Positions 9,301-18,992 are shown, numbered from the stretch's first letter. The stretch is DNA of 64,000 bases from Bacteroidales bacterium (GCA_049317265.1 JBMOIP010000007.1:2663-66662), one strand, 5' to 3'. The notes: generated by a model from the sequence alone, not told the origin. A program made the numbers and translations.

Positions 9301-11980
9301 TTCTGCAATGTTCAACCTCTTCCACCTTGAAACCACCCTGTTCCCTGAGCAGTGTCAGTAGTTCAACAACCCTTGGCACCTGCCCTTCACCATGAAGTAT
9401 GGCAAGATTTTTCCCATACAAATCAGCAGCCACATAACCATGCATCTCGGCTAATGCATCATTTAAGTATACCAGAACTCCGTCCATGCTTGCGATGGCA
9501 GTCCCATAATTGGCATGATCTGAAATCGTCCGGAATTTCAGCAACTCCTCTTCATACTTAAACCGCTCTGTAATATCGGTATCTGTCCCGCGGTAACCGA
9601 CAAGGTCTCCCAGGTCATTCAACATCGGGATGCCGTTGGTTGAAATATAGGTCCTGTTCCCTTCAGCCCGGATTATAAAACCCATCATGTTGCTGATGGT
9701 CGATTTGTTCCTGAATATTTCAAGGGCTGCCTCCTTAAACTGCTCTTTCCTGTCTTCGGGGTGAAGATCGTAAAAATGCAGTTTCCCGACCATCTGTTCC
9801 GGGGTGTAGCCATATACCATCACCGACAGCGGGCTGACATAGGTGTACAATCCTGTCGGGTCAACTTCCCATACCACCTCCCTGGCCTGCTCAACCACCT
9901 GCCTGAAACGCTCTTCACTCTCCACCAGTTTCCGTTCACTCCTTTTTCTTTCCGTAATATCCCTGACAACAAATATCATCCGGGTCGGATTGCCAAAATT
10001 ATCCCTGATAAAATCGCCATTTACCTCGATTTCAAATGAGGTGCCATCTGACCGTAGTGCAAAAAACTCATTAGGTCCGGAATTCACACCTCGTAACATT
10101 CTTCGCACACTGTCCTTCGCACGGTCACGGTCACCGGGGATGATAAAATCCGTCAGCGGAAACCCCAATACCTCCTCTTTCCGAGTGTATCGGAACATCG
10201 GCAAAGCAGCGTCTGAAATCATCTGGATACGTCCTTCAAGGTCGGTGATGGTAATATCATCTGGCGAAGCATTGAGGATGGCATGGTAAAGGGCTTCACT
10301 CTGGCGCACGGCATCAGCAGCCTGCCTGCGCTCGGTGACATCCCGCATGGTTCCGGTAATCTTCGTTGGATTACCCTGCTCGTCGAGAATAAGTTTTGAC
10401 GAAATCGAGAGCGGGACAACTGAACCATCCCTGTTGAGAAAGTTCATCTCGTAATCGGTTACAGTGCCATTCTTGAAGAGATCGGAGAAAAACATATTCC
10501 GGTCATCAGGGTTTGCATAGAACCCAATGAGTGACCTGCCGATCAGTTCACTCCTGTGGTATTTATTCTTTGATATTCCTGCTATGGACGGACTTATTTC
10601 AAGGATAGTTCCATCAAGAGCTGCTTCGTAATAGGCATCCTGGAGTCCTTCAAAAATATGCCTGAATTTCTCCTCACTCTTTCTTAGTTTATTCTCCTTC
10701 GCTTTCCGGTCCGTGATATCCTGTATGATTCCTGAGACCGTAGCCGGGTTTCCATCTGCATCCATTTCAACAATGGCTTTCGATACGGAATATTTAGGGG
10801 CAGTGCCATCGGCAGGTATAACCATATACTCCAGGTCATATGGGGTTCCATGCTCAACCAAGTCGATCAGCGCCTGGTGAACACGCTCACGGTCGGGAAT
10901 GCAGTTTTCAATGGTTTCAAGGGTAAAATACTCCCTGCTTTCACCCAGTCCGTAAATATCCTGTGCTTCAGGCGACCCCCATAAGACCTGGCTTTTGACG
11001 TCAAACCACCATGATCCGAGACGCCCCATCTGTTGCGCCATTGTCAGTTGGGCATTCATGGCCATCAGTTCTTTCCTGCTGTCGTTTAGGGAATCCTCTG
11101 CTTTTTTCCTGGCAGTGATGTCGTTGATCAGCACATGCCGGGCATTTCTGCCGTTGAAAACAATAGAATGCGAGGTGACCTCAACAAAGATCAGTTCTCC
11201 GTTTTTCCTGATGTGCCTCCACTGACTGGACGAGTTCAATGAACGTTTCGCAGTCGTTATATTTATCATCAAGGCAGGAATATCTTCGGCCGGCCTGATG
11301 TCCTTCAGTGTCATGGATAAAAACTCCTCTTTTGAATAACCGTAATGGTCTATAGCGGCCTGGTTCACTTCAAGAAAAGCTAATGACTCAAGATCGTAAA
11401 TGACCATCGGCTGGGGGTTGTTTGAAAACAACATCCGGTATTTATTCTCCCTTACCAGTAATTCGTCATGCAAAAGCCTGGCTTTACTTATATCTACCAT
11501 GGTTACCAGGCAGTTCTCCCTTGTTTTGTTTACATTCCCTTCCAGATGAACATATACAGATATGGAATCGTCCGTAAGGAGGGTTATGTCGCAGTTTCCA
11601 TCTGCATTGGCCTTAAATACACCGGTGAGAAAATCATTAAATTGAGCCCTCGTATCTTCTGAAACAAAAAAGGCAAATGAACTGTTAATAATTTTTACCG
11701 TTTCGCGACCCAGCATTTTGGATCCTGTTCGGTTTATCTCAAGGATTTCACCTTTTGGCGACAGGGTCAGGTAACCTGAAGGTGCAAAATCGAATAATTC
11801 AAAATATTTTTCTGAGGAAGCTTGTAGCGCTGTTGCGGATTGAATGAGTTCCTCATTCATCGCCTCAAGTTCAACCTTGTGTACTTCAAGTTCGTGAATC
11901 AGTTTCCGCACATCCAACTCCGAAGTCTGATTCTCTCTTTTCATCTGGTATTGATTTTTATAATGATCATCCAGAATCAA
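6329..11980 (-). CDS. giant multi-PAS hybrid sensor histidine kinase
   Basis: 1883-aa ORF with roughly ten PAS/PAC-like segments, H-box SHELRTPMNSILG, G2 box GTGLGLALV, and a C-terminal receiver (LLYIEDN...ILLDLNLHDMNG). An alternative start at M13 (11944) is possible. Confidence 0.85.
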   Translation of the reverse strand: MILDDHYKNQYQMKRENQTSELDVRKLIHELEVHKVELEAMNEELIQSATALQASSEKYFELFDFAPSGYLTLSPKGEILEINRTGSKMLGRETVKIINSSFAFFVSEDTRAQFNDFLTGVFKANADGNCDITLLTDDSISVYVHLEGNVNKTRENCLVTMVDISKARLLHDELLVRENKYRMLFSNNPQPMVIYDLESLAFLEVNQAAIDHYGYSKEEFLSMTLKDIRPAEDIPALMINITTAKRSLNSSSQWRHIRKNGELIFVEVTSHSIVFNGRNARHVLINDITARKKAEDSLNDSRKELMAMNAQLTMAQQMGRLGSWWFDVKSQVLWGSPEAQDIYGLGESREYFTLETIENCIPDRERVHQALIDLVEHGTPYDLEYMVIPADGTAPKYSVSKAIVEMDADGNPATVSGIIQDITDRKAKENKLRKSEEKFRHIFEGLQDAYYEAALDGTILEISPSIAGISKNKYHRSELIGRSLIGFYANPDDRNMFFSDLFKNGTVTDYEMNFLNRDGSVVPLSISSKLILDEQGNPTKITGTMRDVTERRQAADAVRQSEALYHAILNASPDDITITDLEGRIQMISDAALPMFRYTRKEEVLGFPLTDFIIPGDRDRAKDSVRRMLRGVNSGPNEFFALRSDGTSFEIEVNGDFIRDNFGNPTRMIFVVRDITERKRSERKLVESEERFRQVVEQAREVVWEVDPTGLYTYVSPLSVMVYGYTPEQMVGKLHFYDLHPEDRKEQFKEAALEIFRNKSTISNMMGFIIRAEGNRTYISTNGIPMLNDLGDLVGYRGTDTDITERFKYEEELLKFRTISDHANYGTAIASMDGVLVYLNDALAEMHGYVAADLYGKNLAILHGEGQVPRVVELLTLLREQGGFKVEEVEHCRKDGSVFPTLMSASIIHDADGMPQFMSATVIDITSLKEAECALKQSEKDLNYAQEIAGMGSWELNLLTMQLSGSNNYYHQLELNATEKLDNLYDCFYKLLHPDDRKVVGDQLKSEFSENETRIFNLRMVFPGGKVKWLQNTIVPVFENGSVVALKGINVDVTDIILAEEQIKKQNERLNAIIAAMPDMIFVIDRDGIYREVYCSTPDMLVVPPEQIVGTNINNIFIGESGKMHHDHIMECIRKKRLVTYDYVLKRGENEGWFESRLTPFGDDQVLALIRDITPRKLAEQKIQYLNTTLERKIEERTGQLADTNSSLLIEIGERKKAEEELAIGKQRLDDIIKGTNIGTWEWNVQTGETRFNERWAGIIGYTLDEIAPISIETWMKYAHPDDFKVSGELLGKHFNGELDYYSFESRMKHKDGSWVWVLDRGKVHAWDMDGKPLMMAGTHLDITARKNAEALLHSKMALLEAKKNATLDGVLVVDQDQKRILINNRLIEIFNVPEDVANDEDDSALLKHVVALTKFPDEFLEKVMYLYLHPYETSRDEIEFKNGMVLERYSAPVLGLEGQLYGRIWSFHDITSRKRSEEEIVRARNEAEHANLAKSEFISRMSHELRTPMNSILGFAQLMGMGDLNPSHRKGVNHILNSGKHLLNLINEVLDISRIEAGHLALDPEPVQLFPIIQEALEVIHSYAVQRDQALELTESPSNALFVVADRQRLRQVLLNLINNAVKYNRDGGKVFVKTELTGDNQSLHSRIRISVTDTGPGIRAEDLGKLFVPFERIGAERTTTEGTGLGLALVKELMDAMGGAAGVESKQGEGSTFWIELPQAERLENHPGKQEASQTHVVVLTEKGGRLLYIEDNIPNAELVEGIIAAHRPSIQLITGMYGKLAIGLAKEHMPDLILLDLNLHDMNGQEVLDILKSDPLTKAIPVVVSADILPETIEKLKNAGACDYLSKPIDIVAFLNCLDVWIGGSDDLNQQDSFTKENGK

Positions 11981-12271
11981 TCCTAAAGCAGTGCCGGGTA
12001 AAATCTTCCTGGTATTTAGAGTTCAATTTCAGGAAAATGGGCAAAATTTGCAAGGGTTTTGTCTGTATTTGATACAAATATATAACATTTGCATTAAACA
12101 ACTAACCAAACTGTAACGGACTGATTCAATTAAATTGGACGTTCATGATTATTTAAAACAGAAATCACCGCCGGGAGGCATAGGTTTAAAAAGCATCATT
12201 GAACTTTTTAAATCTGCGATCCCAACGGTGAAAGAGAAAGAGCAGTTATTCGGGCAGTTAACTCATGATGA

Positions 12272-12457
12272 TTAAAGCGCGCTTATAATTTTATGCAGTT
12301 CCTCCTTTGTCTTTCCAAGTTTAACCTGGAGCCTGCCAAACATTTCGTCCTGCCTTCCTTCCTTATACATCAGGTCGTTGTCGGTCAATACTGCAAATTT
12401 CTGTTTGAGCTTGCCTTTCTGCTCATTCCAGTTTCCTTTTACTTCGGTGGTATTCAT
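12272..12457 (-). CDS. csbD: CsbD-family general stress protein
   Basis: The internal ATG at 12457 gives a 61-aa product, MNTTEVKGNWNEQKGKLKQKFAVLTDNDLMYKEGRQDEMFGRLQVKLGKTKEELHKIISAL, which has typical CsbD length and motif. The track's GTG start at 12517 lies within a few nt of the predicted -7 box. Confidence 0.8.
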   Translation of the reverse strand: MNTTEVKGNWNEQKGKLKQKFAVLTDNDLMYKEGRQDEMFGRLQVKLGKTKEELHKIISAL

Positions 12458-12501
12458 TGGTATGGTTTTTATTTTTTCATTCCCGCTTCTGGGGGACAGT
12501 T

Positions 12502-12517
12502 GTGAAACAAATTTCAC
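12502..12517 (-). promoter_or_regulatory. GTGAAA-N4-TTTCAC palindrome just downstream of module P1
   Basis: gtgaaacaaatttcac has perfect 6-bp arms and begins 4 nt after the TTTG of P1 in gene orientation. Confidence 0.5.
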
Positions 12518-12521
12518 CTTA

Positions 12522-12588
12522 CAAAGGTCCTTCTTTTAGCGCCGGAAAGCATTACACAATTTCGGGGAAGAGTTACATCATTCACACC
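12522..12588 (-). promoter_or_regulatory. conserved 67-bp promoter module P1 (upstream of csbD)
   Basis: Gene-oriented sequence: gGTGTGAATGATGTAAC-N13-TGTGTAATGC-N23-TTTG. TTTG is 64 nt from the ATG at 12457. The module starts 19 nt after the stop of the upstream transporter gene. Confidence 0.7.
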
Positions 12589-12607
12589 TTTTCCAGGCTC
12601 GCGACTA

Positions 12608-13870
12608 CTACAATTCCCTGATCTGCATATATGCCATCACAACTACGGCAGCCGACATTAATACCAGCGTGGCCAATCCAAGGATATTTGACCTCTTTCC
12701 ATTGGTGAATTTGCCCATGATTTTTTTGTTGTTCGAGATATGCAGAATGATGGCAATCAACACTGGTGCAGTTATCCCGTAAAGGATGGCCGAATAGATC
12801 AGCGCCTTGATGGGCGAAAGACCGATATAGTGCATCAGTAATCCCAGGATCAGCGAAACGGCAATGATCAGGTAAAAGGCTTTGGCCTTGTTGAATTTCT
12901 TATCCAGTCCCTTTTCCCAGCCAAATGTCTCGGTGATGATATAGGAGAGCGAACCTGTTAATACGGGAATGGCTAAAAAGCCGGTCCCGATCACACCCGC
13001 TGCAAAAAGGAGATAGGCCAGGTTCCCGGCCAGGGGTTTCAGTGCTTGTGCCGCCTGTTCTACTGTATCAATCTGATGAATGCCCCCGTTGAATAAAACC
13101 GTTCCCGTGGTGAGGATGATGAAAAACATGACCAGGTTCGAAAAGAGCATGCCAAAGTCGACATCCTGTTTCATGTCGTGGATAATCCTTTTGTTGACCA
13201 CCAGGTGTTTTTTCTTCAATTTAATATCTTCTGAGACCATGGTCGCCTGCCAGAAAAACAGGTACGGGGAGATGGTGGTGCCAAGAATGGCTACCAGGAT
13301 GCTGATATAACTTTTGTCGAATCTGATGGTCGGAACAAAGGTTGACTTTAATACAGCCACCCAATCCTGCTTATATAAAAACGGGATTACCAGGTAGATA
13401 AGCAGGAAAATGCAGAGGTATTTGAGGATGGCTGCTATTTTCTGATAGGGCAGCCAGATGATCATGGCCATCAGGATGACCGTAAAAAAAAGGCTGAACC
13501 AGGTGGCATGAATGGCAGGGAACAACAAGTTGCCTACAGCGCCCATGCCGGCAATGTCAGCGCCGATATTCATGACAATAGCAGGAAAGCTGAACAGCAG
13601 CATTAAATACAAAATGGGTTTTGGGTAGTTGGCTTTCAACGTTCCTGCCAACCCGTGCGAAGTAACCAGTCCGATCCTGGCGCACATCTCCTGGATGGAG
13701 GCCATCAGCGGAAAGGTGATCAGCGCAGTCCATAAGGTGGATAATCCGTAAGCGGCGCCAGCCTGCGAATAGGTGGCTATCCCCGAGGGATCATCGTCGC
13801 TGGCACCTGTAACAAGGCCGGGCCCCAGGATTTTCCAGAACCTGACAAGTTTTCCCGAAATCATATTCAT
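12608..13870 (-). CDS. NRAMP-family divalent metal cation transporter
   Basis: Polytopic ORF with N-terminal GPGLVTGASDDDPSGIATYSQAG, an NRAMP-related clade motif rather than canonical DPGN. I chose ATG 13870 because it forms an ATGA overlap with the upstream stop; the track start at 13915 is also possible. Confidence 0.75.
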   Translation of the reverse strand: MNMISGKLVRFWKILGPGLVTGASDDDPSGIATYSQAGAAYGLSTLWTALITFPLMASIQEMCARIGLVTSHGLAGTLKANYPKPILYLMLLFSFPAIVMNIGADIAGMGAVGNLLFPAIHATWFSLFFTVILMAMIIWLPYQKIAAILKYLCIFLLIYLVIPFLYKQDWVAVLKSTFVPTIRFDKSYISILVAILGTTISPYLFFWQATMVSEDIKLKKKHLVVNKRIIHDMKQDVDFGMLFSNLVMFFIILTTGTVLFNGGIHQIDTVEQAAQALKPLAGNLAYLLFAAGVIGTGFLAIPVLTGSLSYIITETFGWEKGLDKKFNKAKAFYLIIAVSLILGLLMHYIGLSPIKALIYSAILYGITAPVLIAIILHISNNKKIMGKFTNGKRSNILGLATLVLMSAAVVVMAYMQIREL

Positions 13871-14265
13871 GAATGATGGATCTTGCCGCCTGGTTTGCCG
13901 GCAACCATCTTCCACAAACTCTTCCCAAACGATTTAACTGTTTCCGGATTTTTCGCCACCAGGTCAACAATGCCAAACATAATCGCATTTCCGGCCAGCT
14001 TTTTAAACGGATTCCGGCTTCCCTGCTCAAATAAAAGTTTTGAAAGGTAACCGGTTGCCATGCCAACCGAAGTATTGATTAAATTGTCTTTCAACTCTCT
14101 CGAGGCTGTCAGTTCCCTGAGTGTGCTGATAACAAGGTTCAATGGTTTTACGCTTTCATAGGCAAGCAGGAAATGCTCTTTTAACAATACTCCCTCTTCG
14201 GCCTGAAGGTTTTCCAGTCGCTGAATGGCTGCCCTGAGTGTACTTTGTGAGTTAATGGTTTGCAT
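13867..14265 (-). CDS. hypothetical protein
   Basis: 132-aa ORF with an ATGA overlap to the downstream transporter. No family recognised. Confidence 0.55.
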   Translation of the reverse strand: MQTINSQSTLRAAIQRLENLQAEEGVLLKEHFLLAYESVKPLNLVISTLRELTASRELKDNLINTSVGMATGYLSKLLFEQGSRNPFKKLAGNAIMFGIVDLVAKNPETVKSFGKSLWKMVAGKPGGKIHHS

Positions 14266-14274
14266 AATCTATTC

Positions 14275-14616
14275 TTATTGAAGGGCCTGTGTAATGATGA
14301 GATCGCTAAGCGGTTTTTTAATCCATGAATGAAGGAAGAGATGAAGGATGACTCCCGCAACGAGGTAAAATCCCGCCACGATGAAAAAACCGAAATATAA
14401 TTTCCCAAGCAACTCGCCCAGGTAGATGGCGATTCCGATGTTCAGCACCAGTGCAAACATCGAAATCATGAGGATGACACTTAACTTCGATACCAGCGAA
14501 GTCACCACGATGGTGGTGGTTTCCAGCGCTTTTAGTTTCGAGAGTTCATAGGTTGTCATGGTGTAGGATTCAACCTTTTCAAACAGGTTTTCTATTAAAA
14601 TTGCCGGTGTTTCCAT
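14275..14616 (-). CDS. small membrane protein (phage-holin-family / YqjE-like)
   Basis: 113 aa with two central hydrophobic helices (VILMISMFALVLNIGIAIYLG, GFFIVAGFYLVAGVILHLFL). This type commonly accompanies YtxH genes. Confidence 0.55.
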   Translation of the reverse strand: METPAILIENLFEKVESYTMTTYELSKLKALETTTIVVTSLVSKLSVILMISMFALVLNIGIAIYLGELLGKLYFGFFIVAGFYLVAGVILHLFLHSWIKKPLSDLIITQALQ

Positions 14617-14650
14617 ATCTAAGTATGTTTGTTTTGAAGGGTTATATCAG

Positions 14651-14688
14651 CAAAAAGCAATATCCAAAGATCTCTCCATTGGATATTG
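14651..14688 (-). terminator. intrinsic terminator/attenuator between the YtxH and holin-like genes
   Basis: On the minus strand, a perfect 10-bp stem (caatatccaa / ttggatattg; 14679-14688 and 14658-14667) with an 11-nt loop is followed by cTTTTTg. Confidence 0.55.
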
Positions 14689-14715
14689 TATTTTACTGAT
14701 TTACAATACTTGTAA

Positions 14716-15003
14716 TTAAACTTTCACTTTGGCGTCCGCAATAACTTCCGCCTCAATGTCTTCAATTTTCTGCTTTCCCTCTTTAGCCATGCGATGGGCT
14801 TCCCCTCTCAGGTTTTCAAATTTTTCGGTGATTCCGCCGATGAAATCGTTGAATTTATCCTCCATCTCACCCGCATATTGATCTTTTTTGCGGATGATTC
14901 TCCGCCTGGTCTTTGAACCTTTGGCGGGTGCGAATAAAATGCCTAATGCTGCGCCTGCGGCAATCCCTGCCAAAACGCCTAAAAACACTTTTCCTGAATT
15001 CAT
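14716..15003 (-). CDS. YtxH-domain general-stress-type protein
   Basis: 95 aa with an N-terminal helix GVLAGIAAGAALGILFAPAKG and a charged helical tail, the typical YtxH architecture. Confidence 0.75.
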   Translation of the reverse strand: MNSGKVFLGVLAGIAAGAALGILFAPAKGSKTRRRIIRKKDQYAGEMEDKFNDFIGGITEKFENLRGEAHRMAKEGKQKIEDIEAEVIADAKVKV

Positions 15004-15033
15004 AACTATGGTTTTAATATTGATGATTAATTT

Positions 15034-15543
15034 CTATTTGTTCTTCCCGTTACCATGACCCTCGCCCCGGCCATGCCCTTTTTTCCCCTTGTTGTGATCT
15101 CCTCCCTGGTTGTTCATGTTGCCGTTACGGGAGTTATTCCCTCCCTGATTACCTCTGCCAGGTCCTTCCCCAATGGTACGTTGCATTTGACCACGATAAC
15201 CCTTCTGATATTTCAGCTTGTGCTCCTTGAAGTGAATATAGGGTGACCGGCCATGATAGTCGGGCATGACCACCTTGTACCCATGGTAGAGGTCATAATT
15301 CCTGTACCTGGAAGGAAGATCCCGCTTGCGAATCCAGGTGCTTCCGTTGAAATAGACAAACATCGACGACTGTACATCATAATATGCTTCAACATCCGGC
15401 AGGTAATAATAGTGCACTGAACCATAACCGGCTGGTCCCCATGGAGGTGGAACACCTACCTGAATGCTCATTGAAAACTGTGCCTGCATTGAAAGAGCCA
15501 GCATGAACATTAGGACAATGGCTGATAATTTAACGGCTTTCAT
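15034..15543 (-). CDS. secreted protein with Gly/Asn/His/Lys-rich tail
   Basis: Signal peptide MKAVKLSAIVLMFMLALSMQAQ, a Tyr/Pro-rich core, and the tail GNQGGNNSRNGNMNNQGGDHNKGKKGHGRGEGHGNGKNK. Confidence 0.65.
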   Translation of the reverse strand: MKAVKLSAIVLMFMLALSMQAQFSMSIQVGVPPPWGPAGYGSVHYYYLPDVEAYYDVQSSMFVYFNGSTWIRKRDLPSRYRNYDLYHGYKVVMPDYHGRSPYIHFKEHKLKYQKGYRGQMQRTIGEGPGRGNQGGNNSRNGNMNNQGGDHNKGKKGHGRGEGHGNGKNK

Positions 15544-15565
15544 GTTGTTGTTTTTTGGGTCTCCC

Positions 15566-16006
15566 CTATTTTACATTTTTAACGGTCAGGTCTGTAAAGG
15601 CTTTGCCCATCTCGTCCATATCGTGACTGAATTCAGCTTTGAAAACCAGCCATTTGTCTTTTCCCTCTTCCTTATAATTTTCAAGTCTCATTTTCATGTC
15701 GCTGTTTTTTTGTTCCAGAACTGCGATCTTCTTTTGGTATTCGGCCCGTGCAGATTTTTTCTCCTTTTCAATCCTTGCATTAAACCCCTTGATGCGCTCT
15801 TCATTGGCTGCAATGGTGGAAGCGGTTTCCATCCTGTAAGCAGCGATATCCGCCAGGTATTCCTGGTTTGCCTTGTCAAGATCCTTGTTGGCTTCCACAA
15901 CATTCTCCTGGGCATTCTCCACCTTTTGTGCACTGCTGCTGCAACCTGTTATCATGGCACTTGCAATGAACGTACTTGCTGCGAATGCTAAAATTGTCTT
16001 TTTCAT
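15566..16006 (-). CDS. coiled-coil lipoprotein
   Basis: ATG 16006 gives MKKTILAFAASTFIASAMITGC (lipobox). The remainder is K/E-rich and helical. The track's TTG start at 16081 lies inside module P2. Confidence 0.7.
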   Translation of the reverse strand: MKKTILAFAASTFIASAMITGCSSSAQKVENAQENVVEANKDLDKANQEYLADIAAYRMETASTIAANEERIKGFNARIEKEKKSARAEYQKKIAVLEQKNSDMKMRLENYKEEGKDKWLVFKAEFSHDMDEMGKAFTDLTVKNVK

Positions 16007-16023
16007 TTTATATTTGATTACCT

Positions 16024-16039
16024 GTGAATGAATTTTCAC
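16024..16039 (-). promoter_or_regulatory. GTGAAA-N4-TTTCAC-type palindrome downstream of module P2
   Basis: gtgaatgaattttcac; arms match 5/6. It begins 4 nt after the TTTG of P2. Confidence 0.45.
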
Positions 16040-16043
16040 TATG

Positions 16044-16110
16044 CAAAGGTGGCTCTGTTCAGCGCTGAATGTGTTACACAACTATCTCAAAATGTTACAT
16101 GATTCACACA
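16044..16110 (-). promoter_or_regulatory. conserved 67-bp promoter module P2
   Basis: Gene-oriented sequence: TGTGTGAATCATGTAAC-N13-TGTGTAACAC-N23-TTTG, 37 nt from ATG 16006. Confidence 0.7.
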
Positions 16111-16193
16111 TTAAAAAGAGAAACCCGCCGCGGAATGATATCCGGGCAGGCTCCTCTGCAATCGATCTTATAAACGAGTCAACTGATTCTGAT

Positions 16194-18820
16194 CTATTTA
16201 TTTACATAGAACTTCCGAACGGCCTTCTGTTCACTGTTCATAAAGAGCACGAAGTAGATACCGGCATTAACAGTACTCAGGTCGATCTGCGATTTGTAGA
16301 CACCACCCGTGGTCCGTACATCTTGCAATTCAAGCAGTTTTGCTCCGAGCTGGTTGTATATAGTGATCGTGAATATATCATCAAGGGGAGAGTGAATTGA
16401 GAGGGTGAACTGACCATTATTTGGGACAGGGTAGATGGCAAATGACGCAACCTGAACAGCTTCCTCTATGCCAACCATTTCAACCCAAACTTTATTGGAG
16501 ATTTCTGAGGTACAAGTATTGAGGGTGACAGTGCTCCAATAATATCCGGTATTACCTGACACTGAATAGGTTTGGGCATTGGCACCGGGAATAAGATTCC
16601 CATTATAAAACCATTGGTTGCCTGCCAGACTGCTGCTGGTAAGAAGAGTGCCCACTGCGGTAACAACAGCCGCTGCCGGAACCGGGTGCACCGTTACAGC
16701 CAGGGTTGAGGATGGTCCTGCTCCGCATTGATTTGTACCTGCTACCATCACGTTGCCGGTAACAGGAGTGAATCCAAAATCTACCATCACATGGGCTGTT
16801 CCTGCCCCAGATACAATGGTTGCACCGGCAGGTACAATCCAAACATAGCTCTCTGCTCCCGAAACCGGAGTGGTTGAATAGGCAACACCCGTTGTACCCG
16901 GGCACATCGATGTACTTCCTGAGATGATACCTGCAGCAACAGGCGGTGCACTTACAAATAAAGTGTAAACAACCGGCGCTCCTCCCGGGCATCCCGACAC
17001 ACTAACATAGTTTACACTTACCGACTGATAACCCTGTTGGGTCCAGCTTACATTTAAGGTACTTGTCCCCTGCCCTGAGGCAATGGTACCACCTGCTGAA
17101 ACAGACCATACATATCCCGTCATTCCGCTTTCAGTGTAATAGATGTTGTTGATGGAACTTAAACAAGGATTATTGGTACTTCCGATGGTAGGAACCGGTA
17201 AAGGTTTTACCACAAGTTCGACACCATTTGAATTGGCCACTGGCAGGAAAGTGCCGGTAATGACCACGTTGTAGTTTGATGCAGCATCCAGTGCACCGAC
17301 AGGATTGATGGTGAGGGTGGATGAATTTGCCCCGGTCACATTCCCGCCATTCGATAGATTCAGGATTCCCCTCCTCCACCGATAGGTAATGCCTGTTCCT
17401 GTTGCTGCTACTGAAAAACTTGCTGAACTCCCCGTGCAAACGGTCTGATCGGAAGGTTGTGTCGTGATCAAAGGAGACGTTGTGCCTCCGCAGCCGGCGG
17501 GCATGATGGCCGTGATGGCTGATACACTCAGGGCCCCTGTAGTAGTAAACGCTCTTCCTTCAAGCCGCACGCCCGATTTCAGAAGGATTGCCCCGTTGTT
17601 GCACACTATTGTTCCCCTGAAGAGAGAATAGTCGTTGATGCTCACCGCCCCATCTACTTTCCAGTAAACATTTTTGGCCTGTGTACCATTGATTAATGCC
17701 ACTTTCGAATAGGTGTTGGTTGACAATGCGCCGTTAATTTTAATGACAAAAACAGCAGTTGCATTGCCCTGTGCATTGAGAAACAGGGTATCGGTAAAGG
17801 TGGTAGCCGCATTCAGCAGGTAGGTATGGGGAGTAAGCACCAGGTCGTGTCCAAACTGGGCAGGATAGAGCAACTCGATATCATATGGCAACGTATTGAG
17901 GCAGGTATAACATTTCCCAGGTCGGCGGCACATTGTGCGGTAGAACCATCAGGAATGGGGTGAATGGCCCCGGTTACCAGCAACGGGTTGAACCCGGTGG
18001 TGAGGCCGACATTCGTTCCTACATCACCGGAAACATTGGTAACACCGGCATTTGAAACTGGTCCGCTGGATGAAAACAGCGTATAGCATTGTGTTGAAGC
18101 AAGCGACGGAGCAGCTGGTCCGGTAAGGATCGGGCTCCCGCAACCCGTTGGGAGATAAGCCAGCACGCCTGTAATATTCACAGCGCCTGTTGTTGAAAGC
18201 GCCCTTCCTTCGAGGGTATCGCCGGTACTCATGCTAATGGCCGCATTGTTTGCGATAACGGTTCCACGCATGGTGGTCCCCGCAGCCATGCTTACAAGAC
18301 CTTCAACTTTCCAGAACACATTGCAGGCCAGGGCGCCATTGATCAATTTAACCTTTGACGAAGCGTTGGTGGAGAATGGTCCCTGGATTTTAAAGATAAA
18401 AACGGCATTGGGGTTTCCCTGGCCATCCAAAACAATATCCAGGTTGAGGGTTGCTGCGCCGGAGATGGAGTAAACACCGGCATTCAGGGTTTGTCCGTTT
18501 CCCAGCAGCGGCGAGGGGAAAAATGCAGGGACTGCGCTGTTCAGCAGGTTGTAGGCAATAATCAGGTCGGCGGTGCATTCTGCTGTGGCGCTGTTGCCCG
18601 TGTTCATCACACCGTTTACATTGCCAAAGCCGGTGATGGCTCCGTTGTTGGTGCCCACATTCCCGGTAACCTGTGAAATCCCGGTATTCCCAACTGCCCC
18701 GATGCCCGAAAACAGGACAAATCCGGCAGCTGATCCGAGTGGAGGAGCCTGTGCAATCATAATGGCCGGAGTTAAAAGCAGAATAACTACTGTTATTACT
18801 TTAAGTAGTTGTGTTTTCAT
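16194..18820 (-). pseudogene. double-DUF3494 (ice-binding-like) T9SS cargo protein, frame-broken
   Basis: ORFs 17813-18820 and 16194-17933 are colinear with paralog 19130-21013 across the junction (AADL|GKCYTCLNTLPYDIELLYPAQFG vs AADLLDVYNYLNVLPTDIELLYPAQFG). The frame break is at the 3-nt A run (TTT on plus strand, 17913-17915), and total length is 3n+2. The protein has a signal peptide, two DUF3494-like domains, Ig-like repeats, and a T9SS C-terminal domain (IYPVPNNGQFTL...GIYFVLF). Confidence 0.75.
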
Positions 18821-18838
18821 TTTAGTTACTTTTTATCT

Positions 18839-18854
18839 GTGAAAGTATTTTCAC
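18839..18854 (-). promoter_or_regulatory. GTGAAA-N4-TTTCAC palindrome downstream of module P3
   Basis: gtgaaagtattttcac has perfect 6-bp arms and begins 7 nt after the TTTG of P3. Confidence 0.5.
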
Positions 18855-18861
18855 AACAGGA

Positions 18862-18928
18862 CAAAGGTCGTTATCCCCTTCTCCTTTTATGTTACACAAA
18901 TCCTTATAAAAGTTGTATGATTCACACA
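18862..18928 (-). promoter_or_regulatory. conserved 67-bp promoter module P3
   Basis: Gene-oriented sequence: TGTGTGAATCATACAAC-N13-TGTGTAACAT-N23-TTTG, 41 nt from ATG 18820. The distal hexamer is a variant (ACAAC). Confidence 0.65.
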
Positions 18929-18992
18929 TGATTCCCCGTAAATGCTGCTGAATGCAATTGAAAAAACTCACAATTTTGATCTGTTCTTTTTT

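Noticed and set aside
15464-15991. Antisense or overlapping ORFs inside real genes (e.g. 15464-15991 +, 56071-56721 +, 47596-48036 +, 47616-48104 -, 2414-3033 -, 28198-28728 -, 28796-29359 -).
   Set aside because: They overlap ORFs with clear family signatures on the other strand or frame, have low-complexity or atypical composition, and show no recognisable domains.
17813-17933. The overlap of the two ice-binding-like ORFs as two separate genes or a programmed frameshift.
   Set aside because: Colinearity with the intact paralog across the junction, together with a single-nt discrepancy at a short A run, fits a simple indel. There is no slippery heptamer or downstream structure.
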